Shown: positions 37,277 to 49,075 of the stretch, piece by piece
Numbering within the stretch: the first letter of the stretch is position 1
Layout of the letters: the number at the start of each line of letters is the position of its first letter
From: Chiloscyllium plagiosum
Lineage: Eukaryota
Length of the DNA stretch: 59,444 nucleotides
Direction: 5' to 3'
Assembly (NCBI RefSeq): GCF_004010195.1
Contig: NC_057718.1
Location: 93,608,774-93,668,217, forward strand
Made by a program: the position numbers and the translations under genes
Notes under the pieces: model-generated
Told to the model about the DNA's origin: nothing
The model's database searches: none
What the model saw: the letters and a program-made list of their open reading frames with translations, nothing else

Positions 37277-37592
37277 GTGAATGGCGTGCATCAATTTCTA
37301 TGATTGCAAGGCAACACCATAAAGACCTTTTGGAAACCTTCAAGTATAAACTAAAACTGTCTGGTTTGAGGTGCCCACACTGTATGATGTCATTGCAGAC
37401 TTCAGGACTTAATGGGCTATTCTTCCTTCTGTTTAATTTGGGTTTTATGGAGTCTTCGACCATAATATCTCTTTATCTTGCCCCTCTCTAGAATTGTATC
37501 TAATCCCTTTTGTGAAATCTCTCACATTGGTCACTTCAGTGATCATCCTGAAGAATTTGTCACAAAGTTCACTGGGATAACTCACTGTCACT

Positions 37593-39600
37593 TCATAAGA
37601 TCATGAGAACAAGGAGCAGGAATGGGCCATTCGAGCTTGCTCTGCCATTTAATAAGATCATGGCTGATCTTTTCATGGATTCACCTCCACTTGCCCATCC
37701 TCTCACCGTAATCCTTAATTCCCTTACTTTTCGAAAAAAATCCATCTTGGTTTTACAACCATTTAATGAGGAAGACTTAACTACTTCACTGGGCTGGGAA
37801 TTCCAGAGATTCACAACCCTCTGGGTGAAGAAGTTCCTTCTCAATTCAGTCCTAAATCTGTTCTCCTTAATTTTGAGGCTATGCCCTCTTATCCTAGTTT
37901 CACCTATCAGTGGAAACATCCTCTCTAGGTCCATCATAATTTTATATGTTTCTATAAAATCCCCCCTCATTCTTCTAAATTCCAATGAATATAATCCCAG
38001 GCTACACAGTCTCTCCTTTTAAGCCAACCCCCTCAGCTCCGGAATCAATGTAATGAACCTCCTCTGCACCCCCCTCCAGTGCCAGTACATCCTTTCTCAA
38101 GTAAAGAGACCAAAACTGCACGCAGTACTCCAGGTGTGGCCTCACCAGCATCCTGTACAGCTGCAACATAACCTCCCTGCTTTTAAACTCAATCCCTTTA
38201 GCAATGAAGGACAAAATTCCATTTGCCTTCATAATTACCTGTTGTACCTGCAGACCAACCTTCTGTGATTAATGCAAAAGGATACCCAGGTCCCTCTGCA
38301 TAGCAGCATACAGCAATTTCTTGCCATTCAAGTAATAGTCCTTTTCACTGTCCCTCCTCCCAAAATGGATGACTTCACATTTATTAACATTGTCAGACCT
38401 TTGCCCACTCATTTAAACTATCTATGTCCCTTTGCAAAGTTTCCCAGTCCTCCGCACACTTTGCTCTGCTACTCATCTTAGCGTTATCTGCAAATGTTGA
38501 CACACTACATGTGGTCCCCAACACGAAATCATCGATGTAAATTGTGAACAATTGTGGTCCTAACACTGATCCTTGAGGCTCACCACTAGTCACTGAGTGC
38601 CAACCAGAAAAGCACTCCTTTATCCCCACTCTTTGCTTCCTGTTAGTTAACCAATCCTCTATCCATGCTAATATATTACCCATAATGCCTCACATTTTCA
38701 TCTTATATAGCAGCCTTTTGCAATGGCACTTTGTCGAAGGCCTTTTGGAAATCTAGATATGCATCTACTGGGTCCCCATTGTCCACCAGGTTCATAATGT
38801 CTTCATAGAAGTCCAAAAGATTTGATAAGCATGACCTGCCCTTCATGAACCCTTGCTGTGTCTGTCTAGTGGGACAATTTCTATCTAGATGCCTTGCTAT
38901 TTTTTTCCTTGATAATAGACTTAAGCATTTCCCCCACTACAGACGTTAAGTTAACTGGTCTATTATTCTCCATTTTTTGTCTACTTCCCTTTTTAATTAG
39001 TGGCGAAACATTTGCTGTTTTCCAATCTGCTGGAACTGCCCCTGAGTCCAGCGAATTTAGGAAAATTACCACAAATACATTTCCTATTTCTCCCGCCATC
39101 TTTTTTAGTACCCTGGGATGTATTCCATCAGGGCCAGGAGACTTGTCTACCCTTAGCTCCATTCACTTGCCCAACACTACCTGTTTCCTGATAATGATTG
39201 TTTCCAGGACCTCACCTACCGTCATCTCCTTGTTAATTACTGACCTGTTATTTGTGTCCTTCACTGTGAAGATTCTCACAAAACACCTATTCAATGCCGT
39301 GGCCATTTCCTCAAAACCCATTACTAAATCCCCCTTCTCATCCTCTAAACAACCAATTCTTTTTTGTTTTATATATTTATAGTAACTTTTGATATCTGTC
39401 TTTATATTCTGAGCTAGTTTTTCTCTCATAATCTATCTTACTTTTCTTTGTAGCTCTTTTTGTGGCTTTCTATTGACCTTTAAAGTGTTCTCAGTCTTCT
39501 AGTTTCTTGCTGGTCTTGGCCACTTTGTATACCTTCTCTTTCAATTTGAAAGCCTCCTCGTTGCCTTAAACACCCAGGGCAGAGTACCCCTTTTCCTACC
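37593..39600 (-). mobile_element. CR1-clade LINE ORF2 (RT), ~2-kb 3' fragment
   Basis: KSPGPDGIHPRVLK..DWKTANVSPLIKKG; VTSGEPQGSVLGPQLFTIYIDD..FADN; LVRPHLEYCVQFWS. Confidence 0.95.
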
Positions 39601-40035
39601 TCAACGCACTACCGTATTCCCTGGCCAACATCTCTGTCTTAGGCTTGCTGCGGTGCTCCAATGAAGCTTAGCGCAAGCTGGAAGAACAGCATCTCATTTT
39701 CTGTTTGGGAACTCTGCAACCTTCTGGACTCAATATTGAGTTGAACAACTTTAGGCTTCGCCCATGCCCTTATACCAGTCCCCACAAACCAGGCCCTGCT
39801 ATCACACAGTCTGCTGTTGCACACCACCAATCATTAGCCAATAATTGTCTATTGATAGTTATTCATTCTCCCAAGTAGACTAACAGAAGGCTAGGAAAAC
39901 ACAGCAAGCCAAGCAGCATCAGGAAGTGGAGAAGTCAATGTTTCGGGTATATCCCTTTTTATCCATTCTCCTAGGCTGATTGTTATCCACTACTTTGTGT
40001 GTCCAACTATTCTTCTCTCTCTCTGGAATCTATTT

Positions 40036-41232
40036 TGTTATAAACCAGACCAGAGACCCCCTCAAAATTTGTTAAGAAGGTAGCCTAGAATCTAACTTTT
40101 TTCTTATTTTAAAGGTAGGTGTGAAATGCACATCCTAGATGTGATGCAATTGGTCAAACTATTTGATGTTAAGAAAAATGCAATTTAGTTAAACACTATA
40201 GTTAAAATACAAACAAATGAAAGCGATATTTAGAGTAACTTAACTATTGGAAAACTTTACCGAAGGATTGACACAGTATCTATTAATAATTAACTGTTCC
40301 AGTATAATAACATCCCACAAACACAACCCTTGGCAAAAAGGTAAATTCAGACACAAATTCTTACATGCAGTTCTCCAATCAATGAGGAAACAACATCAAG
40401 AGAGATTTCAGGGAAAGTAACAGCTAGGTATCATTTACTGAAGCTTCCAAATCTTCTGGAACCCCAAACAGTTTTTGTCTACTCCAACTAAAAAAAAACT
40501 ACCAAGTTTGATCTGTGAGAACTGGCTACACCCTTTCCACTGTTACAACTGCTTTAAGAAAAACCTGAAGGCCTCCTAAGTTATTTATTAAGCTATTTCC
40601 AGTAGCCAGCTCGATACTTCTGCCTTTACAATGTCTCTTCAAAAGCCCTGGAGGAAATAATCTTTACAAAGTGTGATGATGCTGTCACTTTAAAAAGGTT
40701 ATTTTGTCCTTGAGATTTTTGCTTGAGAGGTCATAAAAGCACAGGTGCTGAATGTCTACTTTTACAATGGCAAGGGAGTGGCCAGTTCTCCCAGTTCAGG
40801 TTAATTCCTGTTTGGTTTAGTTGTAACATTGAGAAGCTTCTGCAGTGCAAAAAGGTTCCATGCGTCAGCAGATGATTCTTGACTGACTTCTCTCTCTGAA
40901 ATCTCTCCTGCCTGTAACAGCCTGTGTTTGAATTTACCTTGTGCCAAGGGATGTACTTATGGGATGTTATGGAAATTGGAACAGCTCCTTAGTTAAGTTG
41001 CGGTATCGAGTTGGTTAAGTTTTCCAATAGTTAAGTTATTCTAAATTCTGTTTTCTTTTCTTCGTGCTTCAATGGTAGTGTTCAATAAATTCTGTTTTGC
41101 TTAAAGCTGAGTGGTTTGACCAGCTGCAGCACACCTGGAATATCCACCTCACCTTAGGGTCTGGGCTATCTCCTTAAAGTATTTTGAAAGGGGTCTGGCC
41201 TGGTCCATAACAAAAGTGACAGCATTGTCACC
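40036..41232 (-). mobile_element. solo LTR (family L1), outer copy
   Basis: tgttataaaccagacc...[inner LTR]...aaagtgacagcattgtcac; probable attt TSD. Confidence 0.78.
40672..41212 (+). mobile_element. solo LTR (family L1), inner copy, opposite orientation
   Basis: tgtgatgatgctgtcac...ggtccataaca with 4-bp TSD aaag (40668-40671 and 41213-41216). Confidence 0.82.
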
Positions 41233-41489
41233 ATTTCCACCTATTGTTTACTCCTTACTCTCTCCCCCATTCTGTCTCCTGCATAAAAAAAACAACTTTT
41301 TTCCTAGCTACTATTGGTTCTGAGGAAGAGTCACTGAACCCGAAATGTTAACCCTGATTTCCATCTCCGGCTGCTGCTAGACCTGCCGATCCTTTTCCAG
41401 CAATGTCTGCCTTTGTTTCTGATCTCCAGCATCCACAGTTCTTCCAATTTCTGTTCACTGGAATAAGCATTCACCTGACGTAGGAAGAG

Positions 41490-41832
41490 GACTGGATAGG
41501 TTAAACACAGATAAGATGTTCCTGATGACTGGCGAGTCCAGAACCAGGGGTCACAGTCTAAGGATATGGGGGTAGACCATTTTGGACTGCACTGAGGAGA
41601 AATTTCTTCCCCCAGGGAGTGATGGAATTCTTTGCCGCAAAACGTAGACAAAAAATTATAAATATTTTCAAAAAGGAGTTGCTTATATTTCTTCGAATGA
41701 AACAGATCAAAGCTTATGGGGAGAAAGCATGAAGAGGGTACTGAGTTGGATGTCAGCTGTGATCTTATTCAATGGTGGAACAGCCTGGAAGGGCTGAATG
41801 GCCTCCTCTTGTTCCTAGACTTTATATCTCTA
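41490..41832 (+). mobile_element. CR1-clade LINE 3' fragment
   Basis: gagtccagaaccaggggtcacagtctaagg; 3' UTR gggctgaatggcctcctcttg. Confidence 0.75.
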
Positions 41833-42180
41833 TAAGTACTTTAGGGGAAGGGGGTCTGGCACTAAAGGAGTGTTATTAGATTGGCCATCATTTTGGGAAG
41901 AGTCAGTCCCATTGTAGTTAATTGTATGAAGTATCAGATACAGTGTATAAAGGACAGATGATCTAAAAACAGATGTATGTTGTCATCTTATAACAATCTA
42001 TAACAATTCTGTTCTCCACTTAAACTTTGGTAAAGTTATTCCTTTCCAATTTTAGTAATTTTTGAATCATACACCCCATCTTCCTTAAGAAAAGAATACT
42101 TCTGTTACCGCAGAAAACTCCAAAGCAGATTTTGGCAAAGGGAAATTAGACTCATTACACTTGAAACAACCATGCTTCAA

Positions 42181-42494
42181 GATTAGATTCCCTACAGTGT
42201 GGATACAGGCCCTTTGGCCCAACCAGTCCACAGCGACCCTTCAAAGAGTAACCCAGCCAGACCCATTTCTCTCTGACTAATTGACTTAACACTATGGGCA
42301 ACTTAGCATGGCCAATTCTCCTGACTTGTACATCTTTGGACTGTGGGAGGAAACCGGAGCACCTGGAGGAAACCCACACAGATACTGGGAGAATGTGTAA
42401 ACTCCACACAGACAGTTGCCCGAGGCTGGAATCGAACCTGGGACCCTGGTGCTGTGAGGCAGCAGTGCTAACCACTGAACCACTGTGCCGCCCC
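42181..42494 (-). mobile_element. HE1-type V-SINE
   Basis: Reverse complement of the full head, V-domain and tail. Confidence 0.92.
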
Positions 42495-42831
42495 TGGATT
42501 CATCAATTACCTTCAACTCTGCCATTATAAAGTTTATTTGTCCTTCTTGATTTCAAAAGAATTCTGTTTAAAATGTAAATCTTCCCAAACTTTACATGAA
42601 GGAACTCCTCATCAGCTTTTGCCTTTTCTGCCATATATTTCTGTTGCTTTCTTAAAATGTTTGTCAATACAATGTATACTGACTCCAACTTGCAGTTACA
42701 GGGAAGAGTACGTGGAATGACATTAATGCAGAGTTGGAAAGCCAATGATTGTAGAGGTATTGTTTGAGTGATTTATAGGTTTGTTGTATTACTTGGCTTC
42801 TATCAATGCAAATTGACTTCAGCACAGGGTT

Positions 42832-43046
42832 GCAAATGTGTTGCTGGAAAAGCGCAGCACGTCAGACAGCATCCAAGGAACAGGAGAATCGACGTTTCGA
42901 GCATAAACCCTTCTTCAGGAATCCATTTCGGCTTATGCCCGAAACGTCGATTCTCCTGTTCCTTGGATGCTGCCTGACCTGTTGCGCTTTTCCAGTAACA
43001 CATTTTCAGCTATGATCTCCAGCATCTGCAGTCCTCACTTTCTCCT
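42832..43046. mobile_element. fold-back PLE terminus insertion, 15-bp TSD
   Basis: Inverted arms; TSD cttcagcacagggtt at 42817-42831 and 43047-43061. Confidence 0.9.
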
Positions 43047-43188
43047 CTTCAGCACAGGGTTCCAAATTTAGCTGGTAGCCCTCTTACTGCTGAGCTCGCA
43101 AGTCGTAGGTACGTGTCCATTTCTAGAAATCAAATAGATCAAGTGAAAGTCAGCCCAACTGGACAAAGAGAGTGAAATAATTGCTGAA

Positions 43189-43497
43189 GGTACTCATAGG
43201 GAGGACCTCAACTGGGACCTTGGGTTCATGTCACACTACAGGTGACCACAATTGCACTATACACACACACAGACACTCCTACACACACACTCACACTCCC
43301 ACACTCACATGTGCACCCTCTCTAAGACTTAGCCCCCTTTACATTCACACACACATATACATTCTCTCACAGACACTCACAACCACCCACCCCAGACATA
43401 TATACACACACACATACTCCCACACTCTCACATGCACTCTCTCACAGACTTAGACCCCTATACAGTCTCACAGACACACATATACATTCTCTCCCAC

Positions 43498-43536
<39 letters not shown>

Positions 43537-44060
43537 CCACATGCACAAATACACATATACGTTTATGGAGTGAATTTGTACTTGCAGAGTTACATTGTAC
43601 TTTGCTCAAAAACTGCATGAATCCTTGTAAGACTCTGTTCACTCATTTTTTTAGATTAGAATCAGTCTGAACATTATGGCACAGACAACAGCACACAGGG
43701 GGCTAACACCTTCAACACATTATCTAGGCTGACGCCAGTTGTTAAATTTAACCTGAGAATGTAACTTTTAAAAAAGGTTTTGTGATTTACATATGAAAGA
43801 AATGAAACTAACATGGTCATTCTAACAGATGAGAGACTTAACAAACAATCAAGGTATGTTTCAATGTATAATTTCAACTACATCACACTGTAAACGTTTG
43901 CTGTAAATTCGGTGTCTTACAATTGTGTCCTCCACAACCACCTGATGAAGGAGCAGCGCTCCGAAAGCTTGTGGTTCCAATTAAACCTGTTGGACTATAA
44001 CCTGGTGTTGAGTGATTTTTAACTTTGTACACCCCAGTCCAACATCGGCATCTCCAAATC
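43189..44060 (+). mobile_element. Neptune-type PLE 3' end (ORF C-terminus, CA-rich UTR, hammerhead), 12-bp TSD
   Basis: ..EDLNWDLGFMSHYR*; (CA)n at ~43499-43532; TSD ataattgctgaa at 43177-43188 and 44061-44072. Confidence 0.88.
43936..43976 (+). ncRNA. minimal hammerhead ribozyme motif
   Basis: aaccac-CTGATGA-a-ggagc-agc-gctcc-GAAA-gc-TT-gtggtt: 6-bp stem I, 5-bp stem II, palindromic AGCU stem III. Confidence 0.78.
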
Positions 44061-44124
44061 ATAATTGCTGAAATGATTGTAGAATTTGTGTTATTTTGAG
44101 AAGGAACAGGGTGGTTAGCCACAA

Positions 44125-44662
44125 GATCATGAGACATGGAGCAGAGATTAGGCCATTCAGCCCATCGAGTCTGCTCTGCCGTTCAGTCATGGCAGATGAG
44201 TTTTTCAACGCCATTTTCCAGCTTTTTTTCACATAACTGTGATCCCCTTGGCAATCAAGTGCTTATCTATTTCTGTTTTGAATATACTCAATGACCTGTT
44301 CCCCACAGTTTTCCATAGCAATGAATTCCACAAAATCACCACTCTCTGGCTGAAGGAGTATCCTCCTTATCTCTGTTCTAAAGGGTCTTCCCTTTATACT
44401 AAGGCGAAGCCCTTGGGTCCTTGTCTCAATGGAAACATCTTGCCAATCTCTGCCCTATCCAGGTCATTCAAAATTCTGCGAGTTTCAATCAGATCCCCCC
44501 TCATCCTTCTAAACCCCATTGAGTATTGTCCCAGAGTCCTCAAACCTTCCTCATATGTTAAGCCTTTCATTCCTGAGAACATTCTTGTGAACCTCCTCTG
44601 GACCCGCTCCAGGGTCAGGACAACCTTCCTGAGGTACGGGGCCCAAAACTGTGCACAATACT
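44125..44662 (-). mobile_element. CR1-clade LINE 3' fragment
   Basis: ORF 44394..44582(-) GLTYEEGLRTLGQYSMGFRRMRGDLIET. Confidence 0.88.
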
Positions 44663-44752
44663 TGATGCCTGAGCCAACATTCAGCCCTTAGTCAACACCA
44701 CAAAAATGGATTCATGTTTGTTGCGGGGGCTTGCTGTGCTCAACTTGATGGA

Positions 44753-44957
44753 AGTGGGTACTGCAGATGCTGGAGATCAGAGTCAAGATTAGAGTGGTGC
44801 TGGAAAGCGAGGCAGGTCAGGCAGCATTCGAGGAGCAGGAAAATCGACGTTTCAGACGTTTCCTGATGAAGGGCTCCTGCCCAAAATGTTGATTTTCCTG
44901 CTCCTCGGACGCTGCCTGACCTGCCGTGCTTTTCCAGCACCACTCTAACGTTGACTC
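44753..44957. mobile_element. fold-back PLE terminus insertion
   Basis: gagtcaagattagagtggtgctggaaa.. inverted against ..tttccagcaccactctaacgttgactc; core CTGATGAagggctcctgccc. Confidence 0.82.
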
Positions 44958-44999
44958 TACTGCATTTTCTACTACACTTCAAAAATACATGCTACAACG

Positions 45000-45514
45000 T
45001 GCGCAATTCAGGTCTCCTTCCTATCAGAAAGATACTGTGAAACTTGAAAGGGTTCAGTAAAGATTTATACGGATGTCACCAGGTTTGGAGGTTTTGAGCT
45101 ACAGGGAGAGGTTGAATTGGCTGGGGCTGTTTTCCCTGGAGTGGCAGAGGCTGAGGGGTGACCTCATATAGGTTTATAAAATCATGAGGGGCATGGATAG
45201 GGTAAATAGACAAAGTCTTTTCCCTGGGATCGGGGAGTCCAGAACTAAAGGGCATAGGTTTAGGATAAGAGGGGAAATATACGAAAGGGGCCTAGGGGGT
45301 AACTTCTTTTACACAGGGGGTGGTACGTGTATGGAATGAGCTGCCAGAGGAAGTGGTGGAGGTTGGTAAAACTGCAACATCTAAAAGGCATCTGTATGGT
45401 TATATGAATAGGAAGGGTTTAGAGGGATCGGGACCAAGTGCTGGCAAATGGGACTAGTTCAGGTTTGGATATCTGTTCAGCATGTTCCTGTGCTGTACAT
45501 CTTTATGACTCTAT
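45000..45514 (+). mobile_element. HER1/CR1 LINE 3' end
   Basis: VKLERVQ.RFIRM..LFSLEWQRLRGDL..WNELPEEVVE plus tail. Confidence 0.9.
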
Positions 45515-45904
45515 GCTTTGGGACATCCAGTAGCCATGAAAGGTACTATATAAATGCAAATGTTCTTTTCACGTGCTGGGAGAGAACTAGTTTTTTTTTA
45601 CATTTATTCATGCAGACGGACTAGGCCAGTAGTTATTACCCATTTCTAATTGCCCTTGAGAAGGTGGTGAGTGGCCTTCGCATACAGCTGTCCTGCCTTT
45701 GAGTCAGGTACACCTATACCATTGGGCAGCCAGAGGTAAGTAGTTACTGCAGGATTCCCAGCCTCTGGCCTGTTCTGTTAGTGACAGTACTTGCACGGCT
45801 GGCTGAAGGTATATGCAATGACACCCACGGTTATAATATGAATTATTAGATTGATATTCCTGAGAGTGGAAGGGAAGCCCTGGGCTATCACATAAAGGCA
45901 GATT

Positions 45905-46300
45905 ACTGTCGAAAGGCATGGTGCTGGAAAGGTACAGCCAGTCAGGCAGCATCTGAGGAGAAGGAGAATCGATGTTTCAGGCATGAGCTCTTCATCAGGA
46001 ATGTGGGGGTTGCCCAAGGGAACTGAGAGATAAATGGGAGGGGGGTGAGGCTGGGTGGGTGGAGGGCAGCAGGGAATGCAATAGGTAGAAGAAGGTGGGG
46101 TGGGGTGATGGTGATAGTTCAGAGCAGAGGATGGAGTGGATAGGTGGAAGGAAGATGGACAGGTCGGACAGTTCAAGAGGGCAGTGCCAAGTTGGAGGGG
46201 GAAGGGGGAAGGGAAATGAGGAAACTGGTGAAACCCACATTGATGCAGTGTGGTTGGAGGGTCCCAATGCGGAAGATGAGGCATTCTTCCTCCAGGCATT
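45905..46300 (-). mobile_element. PLE 3' end (GIY-YIG C-terminus plus hammerhead terminus)
   Basis: Minus strand LEEECLIFRIGTLQPHCINVGFTSF; attcCTGATGAagagctcatgcctGAAAcatcgat. Confidence 0.82.
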
Positions 46301-47289
46301 TCCTACGGTGGAATTACTCTGGATTACTGCCATGTTCTAGCTTCAGTGAGGAGGAGGAGGAGGACACGACACTAGGGTTATGTTGGTTGGATCTGAAATT
46401 GGCTCCTACATGGGGCATTAATGAGCCGCCCAGTTCCATTCCCAGGTCAGCCCACTCCTGGGTAATCAGCCCAGAGCTAGGACAGCACACGGGAGCTGAC
46501 CCAGTTTCCTAACCCCATGTTCCCCGCTTCACCCCCACCCAGCCTTCTGATGTCACCTCTACTCCTCTGCTAAAATTCTACCCTTTATCTGAGGAAGGCC
46601 CCAGACAAAACACACCAAGCCCTGCAGATACAGTCATTAAAAGCCTTGATACATTTTGTCAAGTGGCCCTCATTGGCCACTGATCAGCTGGAAAGCCTTC
46701 TCTCACACAGTAACCATTCAAAACATGATGCACTGTGGGTTTGGAATGTTCATCGAGAACCTCCATGGCTGTCTTGCACAAGTAGTCACATATTGTAACT
46801 ACAGTGTCAGATCTACCTAACTTGGGAGATGGGGCTGCCAGATACATTTAATCTATTACCTCAGACAGAAAGACATCTGTGGTTGAGCCCACAATTCCTC
46901 TGAATTTCCACATCTTTGTGTAGTGATCTGTGATGGAGAGACTTCCTTTGAGAAACCCATTTTGCCTGTAATGGAAAGTGTTGTGTATGTTACACACCTT
47001 GGAGCTGTTTAGCAACGATACCAGTTTCTCGGTGCTCAACAGGTTTACTTACAAGCTTTTCAAAATATCTCCATCAAACAAAATACCTGCTCCCTGCACA
47101 TCCCAACTCCAGCAACCAGCAGCTTCTGCGGGGTCAAATGACTTGCTCTGAGTCCACACCCAGGCTTAACCAATCAAGAGAGCAAAGATCAATAACCAGA
47201 CTCTCATCATCAAACACCGAACAATTCAACACAAGAGGCTTTGTAGGTGCATTTAAGATTCCTCAAAAAACAGCATTAGCGATCTTAAG

Positions 47290-47552
47290 AGCAAACAGAT
47301 ACAAAAGCTTAAACACAGACCAACAGATTCAAGAACAGCTTCTTCCCCGCTGTTATTAGATTGCTGAATGGGCCTTTCAAATTTTAAATATAATGTTGGT
47401 TTTCCTTTTTGTGGACTTTCTCTGCAGCCATTTCATTGTATTTCTCACTCTGTTCCATTACCCTTATGCAGTTCGTATGGTATGATCTGCAAGCAAAACA
47501 AAACTTTTCACTGTACCCAGGTACATGTAACAATAATAAATCAAACCAAACA
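47290..47552 (+). mobile_element. Rex1/Babar-type LINE 3' end
   Basis: RYKSLNT..RFKNSFFPAVIRLLN plus tail cttttcactgtacccaggtacatgtaacaataataaa. Confidence 0.78.
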
Positions 47553-48199
47553 AAAAGGCAGGAAGCTGACAGAAAATAGTGCATAGTGCCAAAATTACCT
47601 CAGCATTTTATATTTTATTTCATTACCTGTCTCTTGTTTCTTTTTTCTGTGTGGTTTTCCCCTTTGTTTTGCCTTTTGACTCGAGGCAAAATAAAAAAAC
47701 TGCAGTGAGTAGTTCCAAATTTTTCACTTTCTGCGATATTAAATCTTTGCACCAGCGAATCAGGAACTGGAAACTAGGGAATGGCAATGGCTGAAATGGC
47801 TTCCTCCTTTGCTATTGGTTCCACGATTCCAGAACACTCCTTTTTTTCCCTAAGGCAAGCAGCTTGACAGAATTATCATTCTCAGCAGTGGACCTCTGTT
47901 CCCTCAGTGAGTGCTTTTAAATACCTAAATGTGTTTAGGAGTTTGGAAGGAATTATTGGTATTAATAGAGAGAGAGAGGTTTCCTGCTGGTGCACGTGCC
48001 TCAAGAGGGGTCAGGAGAGCCCTCATTCTAAGTGGCCTCCAAGCTGCTTCAGAAGATTTGATTTGATCAGTTTAAATTTAAGACTGAGTTTTTTTAAATT
48101 CTGTTAGTTAAGGGCATTCAGAATCGGGACACAGACCAGTTACCACCTCATCGATGAACAGTAGGAGCCTAATACCCTTCTCTTGTCCTGATTGCTATG

Positions 48200-48590
48200 C
48201 GGTGCTGAGGGGTGACCTTTCAGAGGTTTATAAAATCATGAAGGGCATGGATGGGATAAATAGACAAAGCCTTTTCCCTGGGCTGGGGGAGTCCAGAACT
48301 AGAAGACATAGGTTTCCGGTGAGAGGGAAAGATATAAAAGAGACCTAATGGGTAACTTTTTCATGCAGAGGGTGGTACGTGTATGGAATGAGCTGCCAGA
48401 GGAAGTGGTGGAGGCTGGTACAATTACAGCATTTAAAAGGCATCTGGATCGATATATGAATAGGAAGGGTTTAGAGGGATATGGGGCGGCTGCTGGCAAG
48501 TGGGAATAGATTAGGTTGGGGTATCTGGTCAGCATGGACGAGTTGGAACTGCAAAGTCTGTTTCCGTGTTGTACATCTCTATGACTCTAT
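48200..48590 (+). mobile_element. HER1/CR1 LINE 3' end
   Basis: LRGDLSEVYKIMKGMDGINRQSLFPG. Confidence 0.9.
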
Positions 48591-48749
48591 TTAACCAAGT
48601 TTCTAACTTTTCCAACAACTAGAGAACCCTCTATGGATTTTGCAATAGGCATCCAAGCTTTGGAATTCCCTCCTTGCGTCTCTTCTCCTCAGCACCTCAG
48701 CAATGCCAATTTAAGACTGAGATAGGGAGGAATTTCTTCTGCTGGAGGG

Positions 48750-49075
48750 AAGCATGGTGGCTCAGTAGTTAGCATTGCTGCCTCACAGTGCCAGGGACCT
48801 GGGTTCAATTCCAGCCTCGGGTAACTGTCTGTGTCGAGTTTGCACATCCTCCCCGTGTCTGTGTGGGTTTCCTCCGGGTGCTCTGGTTTCCTCCCACAGT
48901 CCAAAGATGTGCAGGCCAGGGTGGATTGGGCATGTTAAATTGCCCATCGTGTCCAGGGTCTTGTAGGCTGGGTGAATTTGGAAATGGTGGGTCTATGTGC
49001 GATGCTCTTCAAAGGGTCAGTGAGAAATCAATGGGTGGAATGGTCTGCTTCCACACTGTAGGAGTTCTATGATTG
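48750..49075 (+). mobile_element. HE1-type V-SINE (variant tail)
   Basis: Head and V-domain motifs. Confidence 0.87.

Larger units (their letters stand above)
39600..41445 (+). mobile_element. PLE 3' end split by nested LTRs
   Basis: RKLEEQHLIFCLGTLQPSGLNIELNNF at ~39672; resumes at ~41237 with ttCTGAGGAagagtcactgaacccGAAAtgttaac. Confidence 0.8.
43065..45570 (+). mobile_element. ancient Deu-domain (SacSINE1/AmnSINE-like) SINE relic fragmented by four younger insertions
   Basis: Pieces: ttattttgagaaggaacagggg (44091), gccaacattcagccc..cttgctgtgctcaacttg..actacacttcaaaa (44670-44985), gctttgggacatcc..aaaggtactatataaatgcaa (45515-45560). Confidence 0.5.

Noticed and set aside
43181..43642. 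His/Thr-rich and Val/Cys-rich ORFs (also 51712-51990)
   Set aside because: Translations of CA/TG microsatellite-like sequence.
46385..46585. Possible Harbinger-like MITE ending aaaattctaccc
   Set aside because: I could not find a convincing matching left inverted repeat or TSD.
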